64,000 nucleotides of DNA from Synergistales bacterium. GTDB taxonomy: Bacteria; Synergistota; Synergistia; Synergistales; JAFGMB01. The stretch lies in NCBI GenBank assembly GCA_963666205.1, contig OY762654.1, positions 1,184,001 to 1,248,000 of the forward strand. Reading direction: 5' to 3'. Of this stretch, positions 29,717 to 39,550 are shown in pieces. The number at the start of each line of letters is the position of its first letter. Within the stretch, counting starts at the first letter, position 1. Below the pieces are notes generated by a model that did no database searches, was not told the origin of the DNA, and worked only from the letters and a program-made list of their open reading frames with translations. A program made the position numbers and the translations under genes.

Positions 29717-29754
29717 ATAGAGGGCAGGGGAAACCTGCCCTCTATAATTTTTTT
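29717..29754. terminator. Intrinsic terminator between convergent genes
   Basis: ATAGAGGGCAGG-ggaaa-CCTGCCCTCTAT followed by a T-run. Confidence 0.8.
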
Positions 29755-29763
29755 CTACCAGGA

Positions 29764-31011
29764 CTATCTGCATAACAGAATGCTAAGATCGTTAACGTTC
29801 GTCCCCGTAGGACCAGTTTTTATCAGATCCCCACTAGCAGAAAGGGCATTATAGGAATCATTGTCATCAAGACTACTGTAAATGTTTATGCCTCTTTCCC
29901 TAAGCCTGTCGGTGGTCTGTCCATCCACAAGGCCTCCAGCAGCATCATTAGGACCATCCGTGCCGTCTGAGCCCACTGAAACAACTGCAACATTTTCAAG
30001 CCCTTCTATGCCAGCTGCTGCAGCGAGGGCAAGTTCCTGGTTCCTTCCACCCATTCCTTTTCCCTTGAGATGCACCACTGTTTCTCCCCCCAGAATTATT
30101 GCACATGGTTTTACAAGGGGATGATCATTGGCGACTTCTTCTCTTGCAAGGGCTGCTACAAAAGAACCTGCTTCCCTGGCTTCACAATCAAGGGTGGTCG
30201 TAAGAACCATGGTCCTGTAGCCCCTTTCTTCAGCCGCCTCTTTCGCTTTCTCACATAGAACCGCAACACTTCCCGTTATTGTGGTGGTTACATTGTCCAG
30301 TTCCTTGGGTGTTTCATCCTTGAGCAATTCAAGGAGGGTTTGTTTGACTTTCAGTCCATATCTGTCCACAACAGCAAGGGCATCTTCTGAACGGGAACTG
30401 TCCGGATAAGCCGGACCGGATGCGATGCTGTCCAGACGGTCTCCAAGAACATCGGAAAGCACTATTGAAAATACCCTGGCTGGATGTACCAGTTCTGCAA
30501 ATCGACCACCCTTGACCGATGATAATCGTTTCCGTATCATGTTTATTTCTACAATATCTGCTCCGCATGCCAGCAGTTGATCTGTAATGTTAACAAGATC
30601 TTCCAGGGACACTGCATCGAGGGGTTTCTCAAACAGGGCAGAACCTCCTCCGGAAACCAGGAAAAGAACCGTATCCGAGCTGGAAAGGTCTTTTACCATT
30701 TCCAGGGCCTCTGATGTAGCCAGAATGGTGTTATCGTCTGGCAGAGGATGACCGGCCTCGAACACCCTCATTCTCCTGATATCTCCCAGGCTATGGCCAT
30801 ACTTGGTTATCACCACACCGTTGTCAAGCCTTTCTTCAAGGCATTCCCCGGCAGCAGAGGCCATCCGCCAGGCAGCTTTACCTATGGCAACAAGAAATAC
30901 CCGGCCAGGAAAATTCTGGCCCTGAAGCGCTCTCCTGACCGAATTTTCAGGGAGAACTTCCCTGATCGACTTCAAAACTATGTCCATTGCATCCCGTCTC
31001 AAAGATCCCAT
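29764..31011 (-). CDS. Glycerate 2-kinase (DUF4147/MOFRL, GckA/TtuD type)
   Basis: IGKAA, AGHPLPD, VSGGGSAL, VKGG, IASGP, GGRNQE, GSDGTDG, GPTGTNVND. Confidence 0.92.
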   Translation of the reverse strand: MGSLRRDAMDIVLKSIREVLPENSVRRALQGQNFPGRVFLVAIGKAAWRMASAAGECLEERLDNGVVITKYGHSLGDIRRMRVFEAGHPLPDDNTILATSEALEMVKDLSSSDTVLFLVSGGGSALFEKPLDAVSLEDLVNITDQLLACGADIVEINMIRKRLSSVKGGRFAELVHPARVFSIVLSDVLGDRLDSIASGPAYPDSSRSEDALAVVDRYGLKVKQTLLELLKDETPKELDNVTTTITGSVAVLCEKAKEAAEERGYRTMVLTTTLDCEAREAGSFVAALAREEVANDHPLVKPCAIILGGETVVHLKGKGMGGRNQELALAAAAGIEGLENVAVVSVGSDGTDGPNDAAGGLVDGQTTDRLRERGINIYSSLDDNDSYNALSASGDLIKTGPTGTNVNDLSILLCR

Positions 31012-31228
31012 CTTTGATCATCCCTCATCCTGAAATTTAAAGGTCTTCTGTAAACAAGATATGGGTCAATTATATTTCTTTATCCCCTTTATGTGAAAAT
31101 ATACTTTATAATTTTTAAATATGGATAACACTTCTAAAAGTTACCTTATGGAATGGTAAAACCACCAGGTAAAAGCGCTGGGAATTCCCTGAAAACTCAT
31201 AGCCATAACAGGATCGGAGGTCTGATGA

Positions 31229-32509
31229 ATGAGACTGAAGGAGAGAGCAAGCGAACTGATAAGACAGTTCAAGGGAGACAGTTATTCCTTTGGAATAGAC
31301 AAACTGGAAATGGCCGGGTCATATGCCGGTGAATTCGGGAAAAGGGTTCTCCTGATCGGAAATACCGGTCATCTTGCACCTGTATTTGAAAAGATCCGCC
31401 AAGACCTCTCGGACAAAGGGCTGGTCTTATGCGGCAAAAAGATCGTGCCCGGTTCACGACCCAATTCCCCCAGAGAAGATGTATACAGAATTGCCACTTA
31501 CATGTATCTCTACAGACCCGACTGTCTTATGGCCGTAGGCGGAGGAAGTACCCTGGATGCAGTCAAGGCAGCAAATGTCCTCTATTCCCTTGGATTGAGA
31601 TCTCTTGAGATCGACGATTATCTCGGCACCGGCAAAGTGACTGAAAAACTCGAAAAAACCGGTGCGAACATGCTGCCAATGATAGCGGTACAAACCAACT
31701 CCAGTTCAGGTTCTCACCTGACCAAATATGCTAATGTCACGGACCCGGTGTCCGGACAGAAGAAACTGATCGTTGATAGTGCTGTGATACCTGACAGAGC
31801 TGTCTTCGATTATAGCGTCACAGAGAGTATTCCCACACCCGTTTCCCTGGACGGAGCAATGGATGGTATCTCCCACTGTCTGGAGGTCTTCTACGGTGCA
31901 AAGGGAGAAAACCTGTCAAGGGTGAGGGAAATAGCCTTAACGGGGATCGAACTTATCGTTGAAGCGGCACCCCGGCTACTCAAGGACCCAACAGACATGG
32001 AACTTCGCGAACTGCTTGGGTTGGGAACAGATCTGGGGGGTTATGCCATAATGCTTGGAGGAACCAACGGAGGGCACCTGACAAGCTTCTCCCTGGTCGA
32101 TGTTACCACCCATGGCAGGGCCTGCGGACTTATGAATCCATACTATACTGTTTTCTTTGCTCCCGCCATCCCGGAACAGCTCCTGGCCATAGCAGATATA
32201 TTCAAACGTCACGGCTACATCACCGAAAACCTGACTTCCCTTAGTGGACAGGAGCTGGGAGAAACTGTGGCAAAGGGTCTTATGAGTTTTGCCAGGGACA
32301 TAGGATTCCCGACCACCCTGACCGAACTGGATGGATTTTCAGATGGACATATAAAAAGAGCCCTTGACGCGGCAAAGGATCCTCAGCTTAAAATGAAGCT
32401 GGAAAACATGCCTGTGCCTCTTTCCACGGATCAGATAGATGAATACATGGGTCCAGTTCTTCAGGCTGCTGCGACAGGAGACCTGTCGATAATAAGAACC
32501 CTGCATTAA
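31229..32509 (+). CDS. Iron-containing alcohol dehydrogenase family protein
   Basis: VGGGSTLDAVKA; DGISHCLE; GHL...HGRAC metal ligands. Confidence 0.88.
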   Translation: MRLKERASELIRQFKGDSYSFGIDKLEMAGSYAGEFGKRVLLIGNTGHLAPVFEKIRQDLSDKGLVLCGKKIVPGSRPNSPREDVYRIATYMYLYRPDCLMAVGGGSTLDAVKAANVLYSLGLRSLEIDDYLGTGKVTEKLEKTGANMLPMIAVQTNSSSGSHLTKYANVTDPVSGQKKLIVDSAVIPDRAVFDYSVTESIPTPVSLDGAMDGISHCLEVFYGAKGENLSRVREIALTGIELIVEAAPRLLKDPTDMELRELLGLGTDLGGYAIMLGGTNGGHLTSFSLVDVTTHGRACGLMNPYYTVFFAPAIPEQLLAIADIFKRHGYITENLTSLSGQELGETVAKGLMSFARDIGFPTTLTELDGFSDGHIKRALDAAKDPQLKMKLENMPVPLSTDQIDEYMGPVLQAAATGDLSIIRTLH

Positions 32510-32583
32510 GTATGATCGAGACAGATAACAATGTCCTTCCTGAAAACCGGAAGGCCATTGTTATCATAAATATAACCTGTTAT

Positions 32584-33855
32584 CTATTCCACAATTACCC
32601 CTACTCCATCGGGTATAACAGAAATAGAAGCCTTTGGATCACCAAGGATCTCTTCTGCCATATCAAGAGCATCTTCTATAGAGGCAGCCCATTTCATATT
32701 GAGGAATCCTATCAGTTCTTCTGGTAATGAAGTGACCATTATCACCGTAGCTTTAAGGAGAACACGGAGAAATATCTGTATCTGCCACTGATCCGGTTCT
32801 GTTTCATTTCTACCCCTGGACAATATCCTCCTCAAGAGACCTTCCGGATCTTTGTGATCGCAAAAAGTATTGGCAAAAGCTTTCCCGCCTAAGCCATCAC
32901 TACATTCAGCCACAAGAATGATAACTCCTCCATCTTTTACACAAGCCTCGGCAGCCGTCATTCCCTTAACTGCCTGGTAGACATTCTGGTCCATGGGGTA
33001 TCCACCATTACTTGCTATAACAATATCTGAAGGTATTGCCTTAACACATGAACGCTGCCGCACATAATCACATCCAGCAAGGTGTGCTTCTTTCATATTT
33101 CCTGAGAATGCAGCAATAATCTTTTTACTTTCATCCATAACAACGTTGCAGATAAAGGCCAGTCCTGCAGTTCGTGCAGCAAAAAGCATATCTTCATGAA
33201 TGGGATTCCCTGCCAGAATTCCTGTCCGACATCGATTATGAGAAATGAATTCGGCACAGTGATTAGCCATTATAGATCCATATCCGGCAACACCAGGAAG
33301 AACACTTTTTCTCCCTCCGCTGAAACCTGCAAAAAAATGAGGTTCAATAAATCCTTCTGCCACGAGCAGGTCTGCTTCCATAGTCAATTTATTCAGAAGC
33401 ATCCTTCCTCCCGAAGGAAGGATGCCGGCATCGACCATTTCATCCTCTGCATGACTGTTATGGACCACTATTTTCTCTCCGGATGCAATGTCAGGCCCAT
33501 ATTTTTCGACGATCTCTTCTCTTGTTGTTTCGCGGTGTCCTCCCGTTGCTATGAGAATAGTAATATCTGCATATGGATTTACGGATCTTATCTCTTCGAG
33601 TAGAAGGGGCATGATAATCCTGCTGGGGACAGGCCGGGTATGGTCACTGCTTATTATTACGATTTTCTCTTTATTAACTGACAACTCCTTTAATCTTGGT
33701 GACACCACAGGATCGAGGAGAGATCCTTTTACAATTTCAGCCTCTGAAATGAATATTCTATGGTCAGGTTCCATGGGAAGTAGTATTCCCCTTAATCTAT
33801 CTTCGGGAATCTGACAGGAAAGAAAACTCTTCCCGTAGGGAACTGAAATCATCAT
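32584..33855 (-). CDS. larA: Nickel-dependent lactate racemase
   Basis: SDHTR, EPHFFAGFSGGRKS, NHC, GYPMDQNVYQAVKGM and DQW, all close to canonical LarA. Confidence 0.88.
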   Translation of the reverse strand: MMISVPYGKSFLSCQIPEDRLRGILLPMEPDHRIFISEAEIVKGSLLDPVVSPRLKELSVNKEKIVIISSDHTRPVPSRIIMPLLLEEIRSVNPYADITILIATGGHRETTREEIVEKYGPDIASGEKIVVHNSHAEDEMVDAGILPSGGRMLLNKLTMEADLLVAEGFIEPHFFAGFSGGRKSVLPGVAGYGSIMANHCAEFISHNRCRTGILAGNPIHEDMLFAARTAGLAFICNVVMDESKKIIAAFSGNMKEAHLAGCDYVRQRSCVKAIPSDIVIASNGGYPMDQNVYQAVKGMTAAEACVKDGGVIILVAECSDGLGGKAFANTFCDHKDPEGLLRRILSRGRNETEPDQWQIQIFLRVLLKATVIMVTSLPEELIGFLNMKWAASIEDALDMAEEILGDPKASISVIPDGVGVIVE

Positions 33856-34333
33856 ATATCTTCACTTCTTTCAAACACAGGATCCTACCAACTTAAGCAG
33901 GGAACTCTTCAGCATGATCAGCATCGGCCATGACATACCGCAGCGATGATCCCGGGAAATGGATCTTCTGAATTATCCCGGATTTAACAGTATAGAGGTC
34001 ATCGAAATTATAATTTCACCTGGATTAAAAACAAATCACATAAAACAGAGTATTAAGCAGAATAAAAGATCTGGAGAAAGAAAAAGGTTATTTTTCAACT
34101 TTAAATAGTAGCCAGTACTGTTATTGGGATTAGAAATTGTCAGAAGATTAAGATATACTTATATTACAAAATGTTAGGGATTTCTAACATTAATATTCAA
34201 GCATAAAGAAAGGGACCTTGAAATCCTGAAATAACAGCATTTTTTAATTTAGTGCAAATGAGAAAATGATCAAGTACCTGAGAGAAATAGAGAGAAACAA
34301 CTATCGAGAGTAACAGAGAGGGAGGTGTCAGAA

Positions 34334-35928
34334 ATGAGAAACAGGTTCAAACTATGCTCAGCACTTTTTGTAGCATCAGCGTTTATTATTTCGACAGGTA
34401 TAGCCTATGGAGCATCCTACGAAGAACTTGTGAAGATCTATCTGGAAAAGGAAAGTGTAGAAAAACAGATAGTATCAGAAAGAGTATATGATGTCAGTGG
34501 TGAAAATATCAATGCTGCCAAACTTTGGGAAGAGATAGCCTTCGAAAAAGATCCTTCCATAGTTTCTGAAAAGGGCACCAGGCTTTTAAATTACCTGGTA
34601 GATGGGAATGTATCAGAATGGAACCAGATTAAAGGATTTCTGGGACCAGAAGGTTACTCCAGATCACTTGTAGCATTCAATACCGCTATATACAGTATAT
34701 CTGCTCTCCTCGAGATTGGAGATCCTGTTTCTTCAAGAAAGGCTTACGATATAGCAAAGGATATTTTCGACTCCCGGCAAACTATAGAAATAATCTATCG
34801 CACTTCTGGTAGAGAGGCCTTTAAGGAAAAGGGAAAACTCAGAGAACTTGGAGGCTCTAAGTGGATAGACAACAAGGGATACGAACTCTGGAACGTGAAT
34901 GACAAGGATAGCAGGCCTTTCGGTATAGAACCTGTAAGAAAGATCAGGGGATATGTCAATGTTTCCGAGGCTGTTTCCAGAAAGATGGTATTTCTTGATT
35001 CAAAGGGTCAGGTAAATTCCGGATCTGGATTGTATGCCTGGGATTGGAAAACCGGAAAAGTCTATCGTTTACGAGACAGGGAATATTCAGACGAAGGAAG
35101 GCCTGATAGAGGAAACAGATCAGGTGAAAATCCCGGGGATGATGACAACGGAGTACCCGGCGGCGACGATGATGACAACGGAGTACCCGGCGACGACGAT
35201 GATGACGACGATGACAACGGTCAGCCCGGTGACGACGATGATGACGACGATGACAACGGTCAGCCCGGTCACGACGATGATGACGACGATGACAACGGTC
35301 AGCCCGGTGACGACGATGATGACGATGATGACAACGGTCAGCCCGGACGATGGCGACGATGATGACGATGATGACAACGGTCAGCCCGGTGACGACGATG
35401 ATGACGACGATGACAACGGTCAGCCCGGCGGCGACGATGATGACGATGATGACAACGGTCAGCCCGGTGACGACGATGATGACGATGATGACAACGGTCA
35501 GCCCGGCGGACGACGATGATGACGATGATGACAACGGTCAGCCCGGTGACGACGATGATGACGACGATGACAACGGTCAGCCCGGTGACGACGATGATGA
35601 CGATGATGACAACGGTCAGCCCGGCGGCGACGATGATGACGACGATGACAACGGCGGTCCCGGCAACGGGAACGGCAATAACGGAAATCCCGGGAACGGC
35701 GGTGGGAACAACAACGGTTCCGGTCCTGGTTCCGGTAATGGCGGAAGTAACAACGGACAAGGCGGAGATTCCAGTAACGGCGGCGGTAATGGAAACAGTG
35801 GGAATAATGGAGGTGGAGGCAGCAACTCCGGTCTGGGAGACGGTACTAACCCCGGGAATGGCTCTGATAACAACAATGCAGGAGATTCCCCGGGAGGAAA
35901 TGGCACCAATAATCCAGGTGGAAACTAG
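34334..35928 (+). CDS. Secreted protein with Asp-rich tandem repeats and a Gly/Asn-rich tail, split by two frameshifts (about 35347 and 35508)
   Basis: GGAGG RBS and signal peptide; the (NGQPGD8)n reading continues across three ORF-track frames (34325-35362, 35034-35519, 35350-35928). Confidence 0.75.
35132..35664 (+). repeat. Coding tandem repeat, about 39-nt unit (AACGGTCAGCCCGG followed by GAY codons)
   Basis: 11 NGQPG units plus 2 NGVPG and 1 NGGPG variants, counted from the translations. Confidence 0.95.
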
Positions 35929-36003
35929 ACTTAAAGCCGTTAGATATTAATTACCAGGAAGACATATTCGGATAACTTCATAACACAAATGATAGGAATA
36001 ATA

Positions 36004-36041
36004 AAACAAGAGGGCCGGCTTAAAAGCCGGCCCTCTTGTTT
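36004..36041. terminator. Bidirectional terminator
   Basis: AAACAAGAGGGCCGGCT-taaa-AGCCGGCCCTCTTGTTT. Confidence 0.85.
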
Positions 36042-36063
36042 ATGCATAAAATTTTCCTGTTAA

Positions 36064-37184
36064 TTACCTTTTTCTCATGAATAGAAGAGGCAGCAGAAGA
36101 AGAAGCGCAGAGGGTGCAAGGAAACCGACCGAGCAACCGCCACCGCTGCTCTTGAAGTCATCAGGAATATGCTCATCCCATTCGAGATGAATAGTGCCTT
36201 CTCCTCCATCCTGCGCTGAACCGTAAAACACCGGGATATCAAAAGAACCGTTAAGATCATTTATTGAGAAATAACTATACCTGGAAGGAGAAAGAGAACT
36301 CTGCCAGGATATATACATAGTCCGGGGTAACCATGGCCGACAGGCCTGATCCGACCCGGCCATCCGTAAGGTCATAGATAGCCTTGGAGTAGTCAATTAT
36401 ATTATCAGTCAGAACCAGGTCTTCCCCAGAAGATTTACATCAACATGTTTACCCAACCTAATCTTCTTCTCCACTCAAAGTTCAGCTCACTATCAAGACT
36501 ATAACCGTCACTTGCCTGATCGAGGGTAAATGAAAGATCCATATCAGCACTTGTTATATCGTTAAAGGATGCAAGCAACTCATAATCTGGATCATCTTCA
36601 TCGTCAAGTGATGGGTAAAAGTAATCACTAACAACTTCAGGAGTTGCAACCTTATATACTGCTACTCTGAAGGTAGGATCCTGCTCGACTTTTATTGCTC
36701 CTATTGCAAAATAATTGCTGGAATCACCAAGATCCGCATCAATTCCGCCATATATAACCCTGCGACCAGAAACAGCACCAAAATCCCAGGAAACAGTAAC
36801 CCCATAATCACCGCTCACAAAGGTATCCCAAAACCTGGGAAAATCGAAAGCCCCATCTCCTCATCGTATTCCATAGATATTTCCTCGAAAGAAATATTGA
36901 ATGAACCGGAAACACTTCCTGATTCCTCTAATGTACGTATAAACATCCCATCCATTGGTTGATCATTTCCATCCCAGTTAGAATGTCACAGCCTGGCCTC
37001 CTACTCGAAGACCGATATCATCAGAGTTGATCAGCAGAGGTCCCTCCATGCTGGGAAAAAATTACCCGTTCCTACAAAAATATCAGCACTATCAGTCTGT
37101 GAACCGGGATCAACAACAGCAAAACCGGGCACGAGCTACAAAAAGCATAAGCGCAGTTAACATAAATACAACGAATTTCTTCAA
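36064..37184 (-). pseudogene. Multiply frameshifted SYNERG-CTERM surface protein
   Basis: GGAGG RBS, signal peptide MKKFVVFMLTALMLFVA, then a shift to VPGFAVVDPGSQ; middle fragment 36435-36818; intact C-terminus SSGGGCSVGFLAPSALLLLLPLLFMRKR. Confidence 0.7.
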
Positions 37185-37460
37185 AACATATTACCTCCCT
37201 GATAAAAGAGTTATGTTGATAAAAAGAAACAGAAAAGACTTCCAAGATCTAAAAGCATTTGAAGAGTAACAACTCCTGTGAAAGGGCAGATGGATAATAT
37301 ACATCAACAACATTCTACAGAATAATAAGTAAAAATCCAAGGAAATACACTTTTATGGAAGATCCTCTGATAATGTTCCTCCTATTTCTTTGCTTTACTT
37401 TATTCTGAAATACCTTTACTCTGATGACCAATGCTCTAACCACATCTATTCTTCCAAGGA

Positions 37461-39293
37461 GTGATCATTTTGAGTAAGAGACTCTGCACCTGCGTCCTGG
37501 TTTTACTATTGCTGACGTTACTGACTGTTCCTTCACAAGCATCTCTGGAGTGGACAAGAATTACCAATCCCGGGAATGGACCGGGAGACCCCGATGGAAT
37601 AGTTCCGGGGGGTGACCGTAACAATAGTTACGCATGGTGCATGGAAGTGCTCCCAACACCTTATGGAGATTACCTTTATGTTGGAAGCAACAGGAACCTG
37701 GGTTTTTTCATCATAGGAGGAAACAGATACTTTTCTGACTCCATGATCGAGCAATATTTTAATAACGATCTTCCTTCAGCAAAGGACTTCAGATCCAGAA
37801 TATACAGATACAGACTTGATGGGAGTGAACCATGGAAAGAGGTATATGTTTCACCTACTGTTTTTTCCGGGGATGTGGGAGCTTTTTCAACAACTGCCCC
37901 AAACCTTGTGACTTTTTTTGGCGGTGAAGGTACCAATGTTACCCTTGGAAAGGAAACAGGTTACAGGGGTATGCAGGTTTTCACCCCCGCTGGCGGGGAT
38001 TTACCAAGGCTTTATGTCGTTTCTTTCAATATCCTCGGAACATATTCCAGGATACTGGAGATAGACGGTTCAGATCCTGAAAGTCAACCCAGTGAAGTTT
38101 TCAGACTGGAAGTAAATACACTCAGGGGCATAACAGAACATAACGGAAAACTCTGTGTCGGAGCAGAAGAGATATACGAAACGGAAGGACCGACTCTTCA
38201 GAAAGAAGGCAACAATACTTCCACCGAAGGATGGTCCATGATAGCCACATCAGAGGATCTCAATGGAACAGCTGTCTGGGACCTGATCAGCTATAACGGT
38301 TACCTTTACTCCTTCAACTCCCAGCTGGAAGAAATGGAAGATGGCGGATTTTCGGTCTATAAGGGATATTATGCTGGTCCGGACAACCCGGATTCAAACG
38401 AAGCCGGATGGATATGGACAACCATCGCCGGAGAAGGGGGTAAATATCCGTACTCCATGGGGCACATAAGGCCTAACGCCGCTTCTCCGTTCCTGTTCGA
38501 TGACAAAGTGTACGTGGGAACACTTGCCTCCATGCCAGAAGCTTTGATGGGTCTTGTAGCAGATGCGGCCGATCAGGATGGCTCCCTTACTGAAGCATTT
38601 CAGAATTTCAGAGCGCTCCTGGATCCACCCCAGATATACAGGTTCGACAAGGATGATGACTGGGAATTGATAACAGGAGATCCTTCTGAAAATCTGGACC
38701 TCTCTGGTAACAGGATATTCCAGGCAAGGCTTGGAAACTATGGCGGAGGTTTTTTCAATCCCAACCTGCTGCAGGTTCTGGCAGGAGATACCGAAAATTA
38801 CTCTTTTCTCCAATATGTATGGAGAATGGAACCCTATGAGGGAAAACTTTACGCTACCACCTTCGATATAAGGGTATTCCTCAGATATTTTACAAACTTT
38901 GTAACTGATCCGGATAAACTTGAAGAGATCGAGACCCTTTTATCCCGGATAGATCTTTACAATCCAGATCCGGCAGGAACGAATATTTACAGCTCTGAAG
39001 ACGGGATCAGCTGGACACCAGTAATTACTGACGGTTTTGGAGATCCCTATAACTATGGCGGAAGAACCATAAAAGCTACAGACAAGGGTCTTTTTGTCGG
39101 AACAGCCAATCCCTTCTGGGGAGCCCAGGTCTGGAAGGCAACGGCTTCTGACAGCACGGAAGAAAGTACTACTACAGTAGAGGAAACAGATGTTTCTGTT
39201 TCCTCCGGGTCGGGCTGCAGCATCGGATATATATATCCATATGCCCTGCTGTTATTCCCCCTTTTATTTGTAGTTGGAAAGAAAATCAGATAA
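37461..39293 (+). CDS. Secreted beta-propeller-like surface protein with SYNERG-CTERM
   Basis: Signal peptide; recurring YLYVG/KVYVG/KLYAT/GLFVG blade strands; Ser/Thr linker; SSGSGCSIGYIYPYALLLFPLLFVVGKKIR. Confidence 0.75.
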   Translation: MIILSKRLCTCVLVLLLLTLLTVPSQASLEWTRITNPGNGPGDPDGIVPGGDRNNSYAWCMEVLPTPYGDYLYVGSNRNLGFFIIGGNRYFSDSMIEQYFNNDLPSAKDFRSRIYRYRLDGSEPWKEVYVSPTVFSGDVGAFSTTAPNLVTFFGGEGTNVTLGKETGYRGMQVFTPAGGDLPRLYVVSFNILGTYSRILEIDGSDPESQPSEVFRLEVNTLRGITEHNGKLCVGAEEIYETEGPTLQKEGNNTSTEGWSMIATSEDLNGTAVWDLISYNGYLYSFNSQLEEMEDGGFSVYKGYYAGPDNPDSNEAGWIWTTIAGEGGKYPYSMGHIRPNAASPFLFDDKVYVGTLASMPEALMGLVADAADQDGSLTEAFQNFRALLDPPQIYRFDKDDDWELITGDPSENLDLSGNRIFQARLGNYGGGFFNPNLLQVLAGDTENYSFLQYVWRMEPYEGKLYATTFDIRVFLRYFTNFVTDPDKLEEIETLLSRIDLYNPDPAGTNIYSSEDGISWTPVITDGFGDPYNYGGRTIKATDKGLFVGTANPFWGAQVWKATASDSTEESTTTVEETDVSVSSGSGCSIGYIYPYALLLFPLLFVVGKKIR

Positions 39294-39314
39294 CAAGACC
39301 TGAAAACACATTGG

Positions 39315-39352
39315 AGGGCAGGGGAGTCATATTACTCCCCTGCCCTTTTTTT
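39315..39352 (+). terminator. Intrinsic terminator
   Basis: AGGGCAGGGGAGT...ACTCCCCTGCCCT followed by a T-run. Confidence 0.85.
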
Positions 39353-39550
39353 CATTATATCTTCGGTAATAAGTGCAAGAAGTGATGACATCATCAGGGA
39401 AACTGGTCCATTATATTTTCTCCCGGGACAAAAATACGACTGACTGAAACAGAAAATAGATAAAAGGGCATTTCAGTTGAATATATTGTAATATTACCTC
39501 AATGATCCATATGTTCTACTGCAGAAAGAGAAACAGAGAGTTACTTTACC

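Noticed and set aside
35132-35664. Possible CRISPR array
   Set aside because: The units are head-to-tail and codon-periodic with no unique spacers, and there are no cas genes; it is a coding repeat.
34956-35950. Alternative-frame ORFs with MMTT, VIIV or HRHH repeats
   Set aside because: Shadow translations of the GAY-rich repeat; only the Asp frame connects to a signal peptide and RBS.
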